Source: a virus. Taken from it: DNA of 64,000 nt. The stretch lies in the IMG/VR virus record IMGVR_UViG_3300021085_002380. One strand, 5' to 3'. The position numbers were made by a program, and so were the translations under genes. This document shows positions 1 through 8,839 of the stretch, piece by piece; position 1 is the stretch's first letter; every line of letters starts with the position of its first letter. The notes under the pieces are model-generated. The model had not been told where the DNA came from. It saw only the letters and a list, made by a program, of their open reading frames with translations, and did not search any database.

Positions 1-270
1 AATATTGCTGATGTCATCAGTAACTGCTTCTGTTGGAAACGTTTGCCCTGCGCCAGTATTAGAACCAGCGTCACCTGCTTGTTTTCTTCTATCAGTCATA
101 TTTCCAAGATTACCGCCAGATGAAACAACAGATAATTCTACAGCTGTACTAGTGGTATAACGATATGCGGCATAATTGTATATGCTATCCATTTGAGTGG
201 AATTAGCAGAGTATACATATGTGATAAAAGTATTGGACGTGTCTAGATACGCCGGCGCTCTAACTGTCAT
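1..270 (-). CDS. Partial ORF running off the window start, possibly a virion structural protein
   Basis: ATG at 270 (minus), open to position 1: MTVRAPAYLDTSNTF...; Ser/Thr/Gly-rich; downstream of minus-strand TATAAATA boxes. Confidence 0.5.
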   Translation of the reverse strand, partial: MTVRAPAYLDTSNTFITYVYSANSTQMDSIYNYAAYRYTTSTAVELSVVSSGGNLGNMTDRRKQAGDAGSNTGAGQTFPTEAVTDDISNI

Positions 271-282
271 GTTAAAAACCTT

Positions 283-471
283 TTAGTTTTGAGCGCAGAA
301 TAAAGTTTTAACTTCAGTGCCTGCAGCGTTATAAATTCTTAAAACGTTGTTTTGGTTTTTAATAGCAGTATTGATTGCAGCATCAGAAACTGAGTCCGTT
401 CCTGAAATATTTGCTAGCTCGCCAGCATTTGTAATGCGAGTTGTTCCGTCTGTTTGTAATGCCATTTTCAT
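283..471 (-). CDS. Hypothetical late protein
   Basis: 62-aa ORF; GGAGGAG RBS suggests the ATG near 465 may be the true start. Confidence 0.6.
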   Translation of the reverse strand: MKMALQTDGTTRITNAGELANISGTDSVSDAAINTAIKNQNNVLRIYNAAGTEVKTLFCAQN

Positions 472-501
472 CTCCTCCTATAATTCGACTAGGCTATGTT
501 T

Positions 502-538
502 TATTTATAACAATTATCCTTTTCTTTATTTATAAATA
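502..538. promoter_or_regulatory. Divergent T4-type late promoters
   Basis: TATAAATA on + at 531-538 and on - at 502-509 and 527-534, between divergent genes. Confidence 0.7.
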
Positions 539-586
539 AAACGTGAGTTATTTGTCATGCAATTCAAAATTTTATAGGAGAATGAA

Positions 587-937
587 ATGGCAGGTAAGAA
601 AAAAGAAGCTGCACCATCGAAATATGACCCCAAAGCCGCAGATTATAACGGCGATGGAGTGATCACTAACGAAGAACTTGATATGCAGCGTAAAATGTTA
701 GAAATGGAAGATGCTGATGCGCAACGTGATGCTATTCGTAAGATGGCATGGTTTGCTTTATTTGGCTTGTTGCTTTACCCAATAGGGATAATGCTAACTT
801 CTTGGTTGGGATTAGATACTGCAGCACAGCTAATTGCAGATATTGCTCCAACATATTTTGCTTCAATTGCAGTCTTAGTTTCAGCCTTCTTTGGTGCTGA
901 TGCATTGAAAGGCCGCGGCGGAAATAGCGACGACTAA
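587..937 (+). CDS. Membrane protein with EF-hand-like loop and two TM helices (possibly holin-like)
   Basis: DYNGDGVITNEE matches the EF-hand loop pattern; two hydrophobic segments; AGGAG RBS. Confidence 0.6.
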   Translation: MAGKKKEAAPSKYDPKAADYNGDGVITNEELDMQRKMLEMEDADAQRDAIRKMAWFALFGLLLYPIGIMLTSWLGLDTAAQLIADIAPTYFASIAVLVSAFFGADALKGRGGNSDD

Positions 938-1711
938 TTATTTAAACTTTTTGACAGAACGAAAAACTTTACGATAGCCTCCGCGAAACATACTCTGCAA
1001 TGCAGTAACGTCGCGGTGGCGTTTTCTACTAAAATCGTCACCTGGGATCATGCTAATAATTTCATGACTCCATGCTTCTCTTTTAAATGGAAATAATTGT
1101 AAAAGTGGAGTACCTTGTGGTATTAATACGCCGTTCTTAGAAAGGTTTGTAAATATAAATGGAAAATTAATTTCTAATGTATAATTGTCTGAGTCTATAA
1201 TACCATTCATAAATTGTATTCCTAGATCTTTTAAATGATCGTTATTATGATGATTATTAACTAAGATACTATATCCAGGTGGTGTTTCAATACAAAACCA
1301 AGTAATAAGTTTTAAAGCAACTGCGTCTGGTGGTGTTTTATCAAATAATGAGTGTTTTCCTAATTGCCATGTACCGTGAAAATTAATAAAATCATGCGGT
1401 GACATACCGCTTTTAGCCCATTCACAATTGAAATGAATATCATCGTCATCTTGCCAAGCTTTAATTTTCATATCCACTGGAGATTTTACAACATATCCCC
1501 CAGTCATTGCATCAAGAACAGGCATACATGTTTTAATTGTAGAATCTTTATCTGGATGTGTACCTTCTGGAAGCTTTCCCACTGGACAAGATTTCGATGT
1601 CTTTCTAAACCATTCCGGAATACTACGATCAGCTGGGACAGGATGATATGGTTTTACGTTCATATCATCTGGTATATAAAACTTAATTACTGGATTCTTT
1701 TTCCAAAACAT
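938..1711 (-). CDS. Hypothetical protein with dUTPase-like (beta-clip) features
   Basis: TIKTCMPVLDAMTGGY, IETPPGYS, GIIDSD, IPQGTPLLQLFPFKRE pattern common in marine phages. Confidence 0.55.
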   Translation of the reverse strand: MFWKKNPVIKFYIPDDMNVKPYHPVPADRSIPEWFRKTSKSCPVGKLPEGTHPDKDSTIKTCMPVLDAMTGGYVVKSPVDMKIKAWQDDDDIHFNCEWAKSGMSPHDFINFHGTWQLGKHSLFDKTPPDAVALKLITWFCIETPPGYSILVNNHHNNDHLKDLGIQFMNGIIDSDNYTLEINFPFIFTNLSKNGVLIPQGTPLLQLFPFKREAWSHEIISMIPGDDFSRKRHRDVTALQSMFRGGYRKVFRSVKKFK

Positions 1712-1730
1712 AATATTCTATCCTTATATG

Positions 1731-1910
1731 GTTTTCGAGGGAGAGGCTTTCTGCAGTGCCCCTCCCTTTATTTGCATTTGACGTATGCAACAACCGACTG
1801 GGTTTTGTTACGGTACCAGTGCTTTTACCGACCTATGCTAGAGGGCCACTTCCTTGCATAGGGTTTATATAATGAGTTCTTACCTCCTGGTCGGGTTTTC
1901 CTCATTATTC
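1731..1910 (-). ncRNA. Candidate structured RNA immediately 3' of tRNA-Pro
   Basis: Four hairpins plus a possible H-type pseudoknot in a GC-richer intergenic stretch. Confidence 0.5.
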
Positions 1911-1912
1911 TT

Positions 1913-1989
1913 TGGTCTCGGAAGTAGGATTTGAACCTACGGTCTCCTGGTCCCAAACCAGGCGCTTTACCAAACTAAGCTACACCGAG
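1913..1989 (-). tRNA. tRNA-Pro(TGG)
   Basis: Cloverleaf; anticodon arm CCTGG-TTTGGGA-CCAGG; GTTCAAAT T-loop; encoded CCA. Confidence 0.93.
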
Positions 1990-1993
1990 TAAT

Positions 1994-2189
1994 AGAACTA
2001 CTTTCCTCATACGCCCAGCTAGTATTTCCAATTTCTCCGCACGGCCTTATTGACATTGCCGCTCTAGTTCGATTGAAACTAACATCTCCACGTTTTCACG
2101 ACACTGATATTTCACAGGCGAATTATTCTCGCGAGATTGTGCTTTCAGGTGGCCTGCCCTCTACACGGACGTATGAGAAAAATAGTCCT
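1994..2189 (-). ncRNA. Candidate ~196-nt structured RNA closed by a 23-bp stem
   Basis: 2167-2189 pairs with 1994-2016 over 23 bp; all 4 non-Watson-Crick pairs are G-U on the minus strand. Confidence 0.6.
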
Positions 2190-2320
2190 TATACATCTAC
2201 ATACGGATTATCTTTTCCGTAGATTTCTTTAGCGCTTGCCCAACCAGAGCGGTTACCAAGAATATATCCAATAACACCGCTAAGAAAGATGATGCCGGCT
2301 AATGTGATAAACTGTTCCAT
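2189..2320 (-). CDS. Small single-TM early protein
   Basis: MEQFITLAGIIFLSGVIGYILG after AAGGAATC RBS; the ORF-track start lies inside the promoter. Confidence 0.6.
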   Translation of the reverse strand: MEQFITLAGIIFLSGVIGYILGNRSGWASAKEIYGKDNPYVDV

Positions 2321-2351
2321 AACTGATTCCTTTTTTCCATTTGATATAACT

Positions 2352-2380
2352 AATATAACTGATTCTAAACAGAATGTCAA
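2352..2380 (-). promoter_or_regulatory. Sigma70-type early promoter with GANTC in spacer
   Basis: TTGACA-17-TATATT; GAATC ends 3 nt before -10. Confidence 0.8.
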
Positions 2381-2486
2381 TAGTTAATTTGCTTCCATAC
2401 CACTTTAATATAATGAGCATCAAGAATATCTCTGTATTCTATGGCGTCAAGAACACAATCAAAGCGTTTGCCGTTAATACAATAAA

Positions 2487-2756
2487 TCATCCCCAATCCT
2501 TAAAGTCCATGTTTACGGTTTCGTTATATTCATGTCCTGCGAAATACTCTTTAATTTGTTCTTCAGTCATAAATTCTTTTTCTATACGAAACGCTTTACC
2601 GGTACCAAGAGGCCAGTAATGCGGGTCATAAGGACGGCCATAATACGAATCAGCACTTCCGCGGTCAAAAGGACCACCGTGCCGAACTGTATCTGATTCT
2701 CCAAACGTAACATCATAAGTAACGCCTGCATATTCAAAATATTCTGGTTTAGACAT
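2487..2756 (-). CDS. Hypothetical early protein
   Basis: MSKPEYFE start after GGAG; HGGPFDRGSADSYYGR motif seen in marine phage ORFs. Confidence 0.65.
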   Translation of the reverse strand: MSKPEYFEYAGVTYDVTFGESDTVRHGGPFDRGSADSYYGRPYDPHYWPLGTGKAFRIEKEFMTEEQIKEYFAGHEYNETVNMDFKDWG

Positions 2757-2994
2757 CTCCGCAAACCTCCATACCAGTAAAGTTTGCTTGTAACCAACCA
2801 CGGTCAATTGCGTGAAGAACAATCATATTCTTATATGGTTCGGATGGCCACAGACCCTTTTTAAGAGCCCACTGTTTCATATCAGACTGAACCATTATTG
2901 ATTGCTCGCCTTGAGCAGTTCCAGCTTCAAGGCGATTGATTTCTTCTTCAGCCATTTCAAAGCCATTACGTGTTGATTGAATCCAAGGTTCCAT
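2749..2994 (-). CDS. Hypothetical early protein
   Basis: Coupled ORF in early operon. Confidence 0.6.
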   Translation of the reverse strand: MEPWIQSTRNGFEMAEEEINRLEAGTAQGEQSIMVQSDMKQWALKKGLWPSEPYKNMIVLHAIDRGWLQANFTGMEVCGDV

Positions 2995-3224
2995 TATACT
3001 GTCTCCATTTCAAGATCAGCCAATGCTTCAAAGCATTCGTCGATGTATGTTGAAGCGTAAATTCCAGCAAGATCCATATACATATCAGACTCAACAAAAT
3101 TCCAAAAATCTGTTGAACCAAATCCAGGGCGCAAGTTAAAATCGTTGCGGATTGCTTTTTGAAAGCTCTCGACAACATCAGCTTTAATCATTGAACCGTT
3201 TGGGAGATGTGTAATTGTTGACAT
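2994..3224 (-). CDS. Hypothetical early protein
   Basis: First ORF after early promoter, AAGGA RBS. Confidence 0.65.
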   Translation of the reverse strand: MSTITHLPNGSMIKADVVESFQKAIRNDFNLRPGFGSTDFWNFVESDMYMDLAGIYASTYIDECFEALADLEMETV

Positions 3225-3255
3225 TTGGTTGTTCCTTTGTTTACCTTATATAAAC

Positions 3256-3284
3256 AATATAACTGATTCTAAACCAAATGTCAA
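3256..3284 (-). promoter_or_regulatory. Sigma70-type early promoter with GANTC in spacer
   Basis: TTGACA-17-TATATT, near-identical to 2352-2380. Confidence 0.8.
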
Positions 3285-3306
3285 CAACTTTTTTAGTGAA
3301 AACGAA

Positions 3307-3789
3307 TTATTTTTTCTCGTTAGCTTCCGCGATAACCATCTTGTCATAATCGTCACGGTCAACAACACCTTCGCTCAATAAACGTTGTCTGTTTACTTCG
3401 TGAGCTGCTTGGGTGTCTTCTTTTGATCCGCCAAAGTAAGGAACACAATGCCCTTCTTCAATCATGATCTCTGTAATTAAACGACCATCTGCTGCACGGA
3501 AATCTCCAAGGATCCGGCCAAACTTGCCTTTCATATCCTCGCCTGATTTATCTTCTGTGGTAATAAGTTTTGCGTCTTTTTCTAAAAGCTCGCCGAGTCT
3601 TTTACTTGATGCTTTACCAAATAGTTTTTCTACGCGGTCTGATGTTCTTGACTCAGGTGTATCAATACCCATGATACGTACCCTTTCATCTTTTAGGCAA
3701 ATACCAAAACCTAGATCAATATCTACATCTACAGTATCACCGTCAACTACTTTAATTACAGTTACGTCATATTCGTTTTGATGGCTCAT
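3307..3789 (-). CDS. Thermonuclease (SNase-like) family nuclease
   Basis: VVDGDTVDV, RVRIMGIDTPE, GKFGRILG motifs. Confidence 0.85.
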   Translation of the reverse strand: MSHQNEYDVTVIKVVDGDTVDVDIDLGFGICLKDERVRIMGIDTPESRTSDRVEKLFGKASSKRLGELLEKDAKLITTEDKSGEDMKGKFGRILGDFRAADGRLITEIMIEEGHCVPYFGGSKEDTQAAHEVNRQRLLSEGVVDRDDYDKMVIAEANEKK

Positions 3790-3847
3790 TTTCTTTCCTC
3801 ATTTATTATAATTGTTATCGGAATGCGATTATCGCCATATATTTATT

Positions 3848-4111
3848 TTAAGTTTGAAGTCTCACAGCATAAGAATGTACATTATCAATAAATTCACCGA
3901 TGGTACCCATGTTTTGTATCCATTCTCTAACTACGTTATCAGGAATTTCTTTTCCTGGATAAAATACGTCCTCAGCTTCCATGACGATATTCATTACGTC
4001 AAGAGAATCAATATAATCACTAATTAGATGTTCTCTTGTTAAATCTTCGCTTGTTTCATTTTTTAGATATTCAAATACCCAACCTTCTAATTCGGTAATT
4101 GGTTTGCTCAT
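3848..4111 (-). CDS. Acyl carrier protein-like
   Basis: 87 aa, acidic, IDSLDVMNIVMEAED phosphopantetheine-attachment motif. Confidence 0.75.
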   Translation of the reverse strand: MSKPITELEGWVFEYLKNETSEDLTREHLISDYIDSLDVMNIVMEAEDVFYPGKEIPDNVVREWIQNMGTIGEFIDNVHSYAVRLQT

Positions 4112-4114
4112 AGT

Positions 4115-4660
4115 TTATTCCCTTCCATTATAAAATCCACTAATTTGTAAAGTATATTTTGGCGTTAAGCCAGCATTTGCGCTAAGGTGTAAATGATCAC
4201 TATCCCAAACAAACCCGTCACCAGCTTTCCAATGAGTACTTGTTTGCCATTTTTTGTAATGATCTTGATAATTTATAAAATGGCCTGGAGCCCAATCTTC
4301 TAAGTAAATATTAGCTCGTACCTTTTTACGCTTATCATCAGGAAACGTTTTGTTTATTTTAAAAAACGTATCCCTATGCATTGTAATAGTATTCCCGGGT
4401 GGCTGCAATATTGCACTTATTGTAACCGGCTCGATCTTTAATTTATTTCCGAGTTCTTCAAAGTCTACATCAATAGGATCAAACCATAGCTGTTGGATCT
4501 TTGTGTTTTCTTCAGAATAGCTTTCTGGAAATCCACCAAATGTTTTATGAATATCTTCTTGTTCACGAACTTGGTAACTGACGCAACTACCTTTGTGTTT
4601 TTCGTAATCAGCATTTAAAAAGGTTGAAAAATCATGTCTCAATTTTATTCTATAAATCAT
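4115..4660 (-). CDS. Cupin / 2OG-Fe(II) oxygenase-like (Asp/Asn beta-hydroxylase-like)
   Basis: QPPGNTITMHRD (HxD) ... WKAGDGFVW...HLSANAG. Confidence 0.6.
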   Translation of the reverse strand: MIYRIKLRHDFSTFLNADYEKHKGSCVSYQVREQEDIHKTFGGFPESYSEENTKIQQLWFDPIDVDFEELGNKLKIEPVTISAILQPPGNTITMHRDTFFKINKTFPDDKRKKVRANIYLEDWAPGHFINYQDHYKKWQTSTHWKAGDGFVWDSDHLHLSANAGLTPKYTLQISGFYNGRE

Positions 4661-5981
4661 TTAAAAACCTTTCCATATCAGATATATCGTGTTCGTTGTA
4701 TCTAAACGCCTTTATATTATGTATATTTATCTCATCACTGTCAATTAAATACTGCGACAAATCAGTATGATATAATCTTTCTACTTCATCCATTACCATG
4801 TTAAAGCGATATAATTGGTTATGCTCCGCATCAAACGAATAGTCAATCCATGGATAAAACCGATATCCTTTACTTTCTAAATAAGGTTTTAAATCAGGTG
4901 ATGCAATCCACAAAAACGGCTGTCCTAGCATTAACGGCCTATAAATTTTTTCAGTAATTGATGGCATATGTGTTCTTGATTCAATTACAACTTGAAATTG
5001 CGAGTCTATAAATTGCGGCGGAGTCCTATACCAAAATTGTCCTGTTGCAACTTTCATCCAACGTGTTTTAATATCTTCGCCATCATCATTTAAAATACGG
5101 TGTTTGAAAACGTTTTCCGGTCCTACGCGGTTTACAGTATCGTGCACAGATTGTTTTAATACTGGGTCTGGGTTTTCTAAATATTTTTTAATAGATGCTT
5201 CTGGGTCTGCAACGTTTTGTGTATGTATTACATCATCTTGCCATAATATGTTTCTTTCAATCAATTCAGCAATTAAGTCTAAACGTAACCATCTTCCGTC
5301 TATCATTCCAACTGGCACTGATAACTTATATTTATGATTTGCATATGGATCCCACTGAATATATGGAAAATGAGAAATCTTATCAAAACAATCAATGTGT
5401 GTTACGTATGGTTTATATTTTTCAGAGTGCGAAGAGTACGGTTCAGTATTTTCTTGGTTTGTATCATATGAATTTAATAACCATTGAAATTTGTTTGGCG
5501 GTATCTTTTCGCATAATTTATCAAAATCTAAAAAGAAATTGTCAAACGTGGAGTCGCTAATATAACGCTCAGGGCGTAATATTACAAACTCAAATATCCA
5601 TGCTACAACTATCTTAACGTTGTTATTATTTACAAAGTTTAATAAGTCTTGACTTTTTAATAATAACCCAGGAATTTCACATAAAGTACGAGTATCATCA
5701 CCCGGTAAGATTATAAGATTTATATCATCATCGTTAACCGTATCTTGATTTATTATTTTGTATGAAGGTTTAAATTTTTCAGAACATTCTTCGTCTCGTT
5801 CGTCTGCAAAATATTTAAAAAACTGTTCTCGTATTTTTTTATCATACCAAATGTATTTAACATCGCCAAGACTATCACCAAACTTTTTAGACTCAGGGCC
5901 GGTCCACATTGGTACATTTCGTACTGGGCAAAAAGCAGGATTCCACGTCCAAATTTTTATTTTGTCAACAAATGGTTTCAT
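4650..5981 (-). CDS. Hypothetical protein with GT10-like glycosyltransferase C-terminus
   Basis: VVIES...SITEKIYRPLMLGQPF resembles the GT10 alpha-1,3-fucosyltransferase motif. Confidence 0.5.
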   Translation of the reverse strand: MKPFVDKIKIWTWNPAFCPVRNVPMWTGPESKKFGDSLGDVKYIWYDKKIREQFFKYFADERDEECSEKFKPSYKIINQDTVNDDDINLIILPGDDTRTLCEIPGLLLKSQDLLNFVNNNNVKIVVAWIFEFVILRPERYISDSTFDNFFLDFDKLCEKIPPNKFQWLLNSYDTNQENTEPYSSHSEKYKPYVTHIDCFDKISHFPYIQWDPYANHKYKLSVPVGMIDGRWLRLDLIAELIERNILWQDDVIHTQNVADPEASIKKYLENPDPVLKQSVHDTVNRVGPENVFKHRILNDDGEDIKTRWMKVATGQFWYRTPPQFIDSQFQVVIESRTHMPSITEKIYRPLMLGQPFLWIASPDLKPYLESKGYRFYPWIDYSFDAEHNQLYRFNMVMDEVERLYHTDLSQYLIDSDEINIHNIKAFRYNEHDISDMERFLNDL

Positions 5982-6035
5982 TTTGCAACTGTCAAATTAT
6001 ATTATGTGTCAAACTTTTGACACTCCCAAAAAACC

Positions 6036-6043
6036 TATAAATA
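6036..6043 (+). promoter_or_regulatory. T4-type late promoter
   Basis: TATAAATA upstream of the 6087-13173 plus-strand operon. Confidence 0.65.
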
Positions 6044-6086
6044 TATATAATAGAGTAAAGTATGCTTTTATCATTATTAATATGGG

Positions 6087-6659
6087 ATGAACATTATGCC
6101 AAGACATTTACTCTTTCTGTTTTTATTATTTATACCTTTCATTGGTCCAACCATAGCGGAGGCAGAGCCAATAGTTACAGAGAGCACAACAGACAGTACT
6201 ATTAACAGCAATAGTACATCGGAGACTACAGTCAATTCTCCACCGCCGTCGGCGATCGCTCCTTCGATTAATTCAGCCAATTCAGATTTATGTACCGTAG
6301 GTGTATCAGGCGCGGTTCAAACACAGATATTAGGTATATCAGGTGCCAAGATGGTTCGTGATATGAACTGCGAAAAACTAAAGAACGCTAAAACATTATA
6401 TGATATGGGAATGAAGGTGGCCGCTGTTTCGGTAATGTGTCAAGATCCTCGTGTATTTAATGCTATGATGGATGCAGGAACACCTTGCCCTTATGATGGT
6501 ATGATTGGTGATGCAGCTAAGGCGGCATGGATTGCCAATCGTGATGAACAGCCTGAAGATCCGCAAAGTAATATAATAAAGGATATGAACGATGAGACCA
6601 AGTCTACTTTGTTCGGCGGTGGCCTTGTGGGCGGCCTCCTTCTCTTATTGCTACTCTGA
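6087..6659 (+). CDS. Secreted Cys-containing protein with C-terminal hydrophobic anchor
   Basis: Signal peptide, Ser/Thr linker, Cys-flanked beta segment, C-terminal LVGGLLLLLLL. Confidence 0.7.
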   Translation: MNIMPRHLLFLFLLFIPFIGPTIAEAEPIVTESTTDSTINSNSTSETTVNSPPPSAIAPSINSANSDLCTVGVSGAVQTQILGISGAKMVRDMNCEKLKNAKTLYDMGMKVAAVSVMCQDPRVFNAMMDAGTPCPYDGMIGDAAKAAWIANRDEQPEDPQSNIIKDMNDETKSTLFGGGLVGGLLLLLLL

Positions 6660-7491
6660 TACAACATATAGTTCAACTAATAACGCCGCGGCGGAAGCTT
6701 TAGCGTGGGCAATGAAAAATGTTTTACCTGATTCAACTGCACCTTATATCTCAGTAGAAATAAATGGTTTAGCTTATCAATATACAATGGTGAAAGATCC
6801 TGAGGCAGACGCAACTGTTACGATTTCAAACGAAGACGCTGCAAATCCTGGGACAAATATTTTTGAAGAAACAGATGATTGGAGTGGTAATCCTGGTGGA
6901 ACTGTAAGGAAATATTTTAGATTTGATTATACAGATTCTTCTAGGTGGGGAGATGGCGAAATAAGTGTTGAAGGCGAAGGTACGGTTACAGACCCATTTG
7001 TAGTTTACAATTACAAGATGGTAGTAGATGAAAGTTTCCAATGTCTTTCACCATTGTCAAATCCAAGTTGTCCTGGATATTCCACGGCACTGGCTGAGTA
7101 TTTAGCTTCGCTTGCGCAACCGCCGTCAATTGGTGATCCGTATTATGATGAGTGGGTCCAAGCAGAATTAAACCGTGAAGCAAATAGAGATGAGGAAGAA
7201 TTAGAACAAGCAGACAACAGTAATGAAGTAGAAGATGATTTGGAAGAGCAACTGGGTGGTAATAACAATATCGACAAGTTAGTTGATGGTGCCGCCCAGC
7301 AATCAATTTTAGCAAATTTATCGTTAAATCCAAAGATTGTACCATATTATGAAGTAACGATCCCGGGCGGCCAATACGAAGATACTTTAGTATTACCTTC
7401 GACAAGTTATCCGGATAATAGAAGAGCGATGAGAAACTTAGCATCAGACGCTAATCATAGATCTATGGTACGCTCACAATACGAACGATAA
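6592..7491 (+). CDS. Secreted beta-rich acidic protein (adhesin-like?)
   Basis: Signal peptide, beta-rich domain, CLSPLSNPSCPGY. Confidence 0.65.
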   Translation: MRPSLLCSAVALWAASFSYCYSDTTYSSTNNAAAEALAWAMKNVLPDSTAPYISVEINGLAYQYTMVKDPEADATVTISNEDAANPGTNIFEETDDWSGNPGGTVRKYFRFDYTDSSRWGDGEISVEGEGTVTDPFVVYNYKMVVDESFQCLSPLSNPSCPGYSTALAEYLASLAQPPSIGDPYYDEWVQAELNREANRDEEELEQADNSNEVEDDLEEQLGGNNNIDKLVDGAAQQSILANLSLNPKIVPYYEVTIPGGQYEDTLVLPSTSYPDNRRAMRNLASDANHRSMVRSQYER

Positions 7492-7502
7492 GGAGAAATT
7501 GT

Positions 7503-8003
7503 ATGTTCAAACATTTAATACTTGGCGGCGCAGCCATGATGATTTGCAGTTCTGCAGGCGCGGCAGAAACTCCAATTACTGGTAACGTAGCGTCAAAATG
7601 TTCGATTTATACGGACACAGCTGGTGTTTATGGTAACCCTACACCAGACGAATTAAGTACAACACCTGCGGACGGTGGTGTTTATCCGGTTGTACGCTAT
7701 GATGTTGCCATTGCAGACTATTACACCGCTAAAATTTCCTGGCCAATTTCGTTTTCATCTGCCCCGAGTCTTACCGACTCAGTAACATGGGATGGAGAAG
7801 TTACAGTAACGAATACATCAGATACTAATATGTCAGGATACGAAGCAGCTAAAATTGAGTACGACAACCACACTGAATACGATCTTAGTGTAGCTGGATC
7901 TACTTGGTTTTCAGTTGAGTCAGAAGCAAAATACGGTGTAGGTAAATCACTACCTGGTGGTGAATACAAGGCAAACGTTATTGCAGAGTGTATTGCGGAC
8001 TAA
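7503..8003 (+). CDS. Fimbrial/pilin-like secreted subunit
   Basis: Signal peptide ending AGA, ITGNVASKC N-terminal strand, C-terminal PGGEYKANVIAEC; 166 aa. Confidence 0.55.
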   Translation: MFKHLILGGAAMMICSSAGAAETPITGNVASKCSIYTDTAGVYGNPTPDELSTTPADGGVYPVVRYDVAIADYYTAKISWPISFSSAPSLTDSVTWDGEVTVTNTSDTNMSGYEAAKIEYDNHTEYDLSVAGSTWFSVESEAKYGVGKSLPGGEYKANVIAECIAD

Positions 8004-8044
8004 AAGGTGTTAATTTGGGTAAAAAGTATATTGAGGGATTAAGA

Positions 8045-8419
8045 ATGAAGTATTTGGTGAGTTTGTTTATTATGTTAACTTGTACACCGGTTTTATCACA
8101 CGAATTGACACCAACATACCCAAAAATGCGCCCTGCATATGTTGACGGTGTGTTGGTGACAACTATGGATATATGGAATAGAAGAACCGATGTAGAATAC
8201 TACGAAATTGAAGTCTTTAATAAATATTGGGAGCCACTTCCGTTTGCTTCACAAGATAAAATAATAAAGATTAACTATTTGCAAAAGAAACAGTTTAACG
8301 TCTATATCAAATCTGAGCATGGAAGTAAAGCTGTATATATATGTACTACCTCTAAATTATTGAGGGAAGATGTACTATCAACCGGAGTAAAATCGAGGAT
8401 ATGCTCCAAGATAAAGTGA
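8045..8419 (+). CDS. Putative pilus chaperone-like (single Ig domain) secreted protein
   Basis: Signal peptide, HELTPTYP, IWNRRTDVEYYEIEV, two C-terminal Cys; follows the pilin-like gene. Confidence 0.45.
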   Translation: MKYLVSLFIMLTCTPVLSHELTPTYPKMRPAYVDGVLVTTMDIWNRRTDVEYYEIEVFNKYWEPLPFASQDKIIKINYLQKKQFNVYIKSEHGSKAVYICTTSKLLREDVLSTGVKSRICSKIK

Positions 8420-8426
8420 GAACATT

Positions 8427-8837
8427 ATGCGTTACATTATTTCATTGTGTTTGTTGTTGTTTACGACCACAGCAAATGCAGACTCTGGTTCGGTAAGTTT
8501 AGCATTGCCGAGCGCCCCAGGAAATTACCAATCTGATAAATTTAAGGCTGGTGATTTAGATTGTTCTAATGCCATCGGATCGGCTACACAACTTGAGCTC
8601 GGTGTAACTGGTCTTATTGACGGCGGTTATTATGATGATGTGAATCGATATATTAACGATAGACGTGTTGATAACGTCGGTGTATATGCAAGGATTGTTA
8701 TACCACTCGGCGCAAGACCTAAAGAAAGAATTGATTGTAATAGGTTATACGAAATGGAATTACAGTTAAAATCGCTGGAATTAGAACGTTTAAGAAGAGA
8801 GCTTCAGCAATTGAAAGAATTATCTTTTGAGGAGTAA
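8427..8837 (+). CDS. Secreted protein with amphipathic beta-hairpin and C-terminal coiled coil
   Basis: Signal peptide; QLELGVTG and VGVYARIVIPLG flanked by Cys; heptad tail. Confidence 0.65.
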   Translation: MRYIISLCLLLFTTTANADSGSVSLALPSAPGNYQSDKFKAGDLDCSNAIGSATQLELGVTGLIDGGYYDDVNRYINDRRVDNVGVYARIVIPLGARPKERIDCNRLYEMELQLKSLELERLRRELQQLKELSFEE

Positions 8838-8839
8838 AC

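Noticed and set aside
1433-1861. 142-aa plus-strand ORF and similar antisense ORFs over gp39, galE, uvsX, gp41 and the endolysin
   Set aside because: Shadow frames opposite well-supported genes or RNAs, with no motifs or RBS
1994-2189. RNase P RNA, suggested by GAGGAAAGT
   Set aside because: The motif lies in the 3' closing stem, and the other conserved RNase P regions are not recognisable
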